Source of the DNA: Alphaproteobacteria bacterium
Lineage (GTDB): Bacteria; Pseudomonadota; Alphaproteobacteria; SP197
Assembly: GCA_964291265.2 (NCBI GenBank)
Contig: OZ219747.1
Location: forward strand, 960,001-1,024,000
Direction: 5' to 3'
DNA: 64,000 bases
In this document: positions 62,207 to 64,000 of the stretch, one piece after another
Numbering within the stretch: position 1 is the stretch's first letter
How the letters are laid out: each line of letters starts with the position of its first letter
The notes under the pieces: model-generated
Databases searched by the model: none
What the model was told of the DNA's origin: nothing
What the model saw: only the letters and a program-made list of their open reading frames with translations
Made by a program: the position numbers and the translations under genes

Positions 62207-62931
62207 GCCAGGCGGCCGGGGACGCATGACGAAAGCCCGAGGCGAACGAGTGCCGTGTGCACCATGGCCTGGTTGCTCGTCACCACCGCCCGGGAGGTGC
62301 GTTGCTCGAGTTCGTCGATGATCTCGACGGCACGCATGTCGGTGCAGGAAAGGACGATGGCATCGGCATCGACGTGGCTGGCCCGCAGGCCCAGTTCGAG
62401 AACGTCGGCCGGTGCGAGATCGCCCTGACCGTAGCTCCCGAGGTCGCGGCCGATGTCCGCGGTGTTGACGACCTCGAACCCGGCGTCATGGAGAAACGCC
62501 GCGCCTTCGAGATTGAGCGCCCTCGTATAGGGCGAGGCAAAGGCGATGCGCCGGGCTTCGAGTTGCCTGAGGGCGCTGACAAGCGCCCCCGCAGCCGTCA
62601 CCACGGGAACACCTGCCCCGGCCTCGATGGCGAGGCCGAAGTCGCGATCCATGGCAGGCCCCGAGGCGAGCGTCGCCGAGGTGCAGCCGTAGAGAAGGAT
62701 ATCGGGCCGCGCCGCCATGACGAGGTGGAGCACGTCACTCAGTCCGGCGCGGGCAAAGCGGCGCATTTCGTCGGCATCGGGGATGCGGTCGAGGTCGTAG
62801 CCTCCGGCGCGCGCCACGTGAAAGGAAACACCAGGCGGGCGCAGCAGGGTGAGGTCGGCCTCCAGATTGGTGTTGGAAAAGGGCGTGATGACGCCGATGC
62901 GCGCCAGTCCGCGCGTCGGGAAGGCCTTCAT
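62161..62931 (-). CDS. Maleate isomerase/Asp-Glu racemase family protein
   Basis: P.SNTNLE, YGCTS, SPY, LSCTD and VVTSNQA motifs. Confidence 0.85.
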   Translation of the reverse strand: MKAFPTRGLARIGVITPFSNTNLEADLTLLRPPGVSFHVARAGGYDLDRIPDADEMRRFARAGLSDVLHLVMAARPDILLYGCTSATLASGPAMDRDFGLAIEAGAGVPVVTAAGALVSALRQLEARRIAFASPYTRALNLEGAAFLHDAGFEVVNTADIGRDLGSYGQGDLAPADVLELGLRASHVDADAIVLSCTDMRAVEIIDELEQRTSRAVVTSNQAMVHTALVRLGLSSCVPGRLAQRVSPGARASIASA

Positions 62932-63512
62932 GAACCCTTGCCGGTGTACCAGTCGGGGAACTCCCGTTCGACCACCGGTCCGTCGGCTGCCCAGGCGTGA
63001 CAGCCGTCAATCACCCAGGGCTTCCTCGCCTTGTCGACGGGTTCTCCGGACCGGCGGCGGCCATGCATCGCCTGCACGGCGACGGTCCCGAGCCGGCCCA
63101 GCATTTCGGCGATGTGCGTACACCCCCGGGTGCCGCCGAAGAGATCGCGCAGCCGGCGATTCCAGCCCGGACCGATCGTGACGCCCACGAGCCTGGCGTA
63201 GTCGGGCTCGATGGCCGGGCAGATGGCAAAGGGTGTCTTCTCCATCCTGACGGCAACGTCCCGGATCTCGAACGAGCGATCGACGGTGAGGCGCAGCCAC
63301 ATGCCGTGGATCGGGTCTCCTGGCTCGATCGTGCCACGGTCCCTGTTGGGTATCGGGCAGGTCTTGGTGTCGCTCAGGCTGGCTTCGAGATCCCACAGCC
63401 CGTCGCCGCGTTCGTAGGCCTCACAGAAGATCCGGCGTGTGTGAATGAGCCTCCGGGTATCCGGTTCCGGTGATGGCATGCCTCGGTCCGCGTCCGTCGT
63501 GCATGGCGACAT
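62928..63512 (-). CDS. DUF2889-like protein
   Basis: HTRRI.C..Y.R.DGLWD.E, GGTRGCTH and IDGCHA motifs. Confidence 0.75.
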   Translation of the reverse strand: MSPCTTDADRGMPSPEPDTRRLIHTRRIFCEAYERGDGLWDLEASLSDTKTCPIPNRDRGTIEPGDPIHGMWLRLTVDRSFEIRDVAVRMEKTPFAICPAIEPDYARLVGVTIGPGWNRRLRDLFGGTRGCTHIAEMLGRLGTVAVQAMHGRRRSGEPVDKARKPWVIDGCHAWAADGPVVEREFPDWYTGKGS

Positions 63513-63542
63513 TGACGGTGCCCGACCCGTATTGCAAGAGCC

Positions 63543-64000
63543 TCAGGGGCCCGTCCCTGCCATCCACCAGGCCAGCGGGATGATGGCCGGCAACAGGCAG
63601 AGAACCGCGACGGTCGACACGACGACATAGCTTGCGACCTCGTCCGGCGAACGGTTGTAGCGCACCGAAGCAAGGTAGTTGAAGACCGCTCCGGGCATCA
63701 CGCAGCAGATCACCACCACGCCGCGCGCCGCTCCGTCAAGGCCGAGGACGGCGATGAGGGCCAACGCCACGCCGAGCCCGGCGATGATGCGCAGGATCGC
63801 CAGCACCAGGGGACGGGCGATGGTGGACACCCTGAACCGGGCGAGGGATGTGCCAAGCAGGATCAGCATCATCGGAATGGTGAGACCGCCGATCAGATCC
63901 GTGGTGTTGGTGAGCCAGGCTGGCGGTGCGGTTCCGGACAGGGTGAAGGCCAGCGCCACTGCGATGGCGTAGACGTGGGGTGTCCTGGCGATCATGCCGG
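63543..64000 (-). CDS. AEC-family transporter (partial; 5' end outside the window)
   Basis: IPMMLILLG and MP.AVFNYL motifs; multiple TM segments. Confidence 0.8.
   Translation of the reverse strand, partial: GMIARTPHVYAIAVALAFTLSGTAPPAWLTNTTDLIGGLTIPMMLILLGTSLARFRVSTIARPLVLAILRIIAGLGVALALIAVLGLDGAARGVVVICCVMPGAVFNYLASVRYNRSPDEVASYVVVSTVAVLCLLPAIIPLAWWMAGTGP

Overview
GC-rich alphaproteobacterial chromosome segment (Rhodospirillales-like gene order; probably marine or host-associated, by inference). The housekeeping backbone is intact: ubiA, gshA, tldD, the aa3 oxidase cox operon, phaA/phaB/phaC-like/phaR, an omega-amino acid aminotransferase, scpA-meaB, rpmB, cobS/cobT/J-domain and bolA. Four accessory inserts interrupt it. 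(1) About 12.7-25.3 kb, between tldD and coxB: a TbpB-like lipoprotein, a small lipoprotein, a GIY-YIG-like protein, an RHH + RNase H-like fusion, an integrase remnant, and four intact tandem AAA-ATPase/PD-(D/E)XK nuclease genes. Each of the four has its own predicted promoter and they carry shuffled variable blocks. (2) About 32.7-43.4 kb, inside the PHA locus: a lower-GC gene pair, IS1634, a DUF4338-ISAs1 element, a broken fixL with fixJ, and hsp20. (3) A HigBA-like module between meaB and rpmB. (4) A solute-binding protein, an amine oxidase pseudogene and an IS remnant between the J-domain gene and bolA. The left end is a methylated-amine/DMSP catabolic cluster. Many accessory genes are pseudogenes. 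No rRNA, tRNA or CRISPR array was seen. The best candidate for a novel system is the mosaic ATPase-nuclease array. All family calls come from motif recognition by eye, not from database searches.
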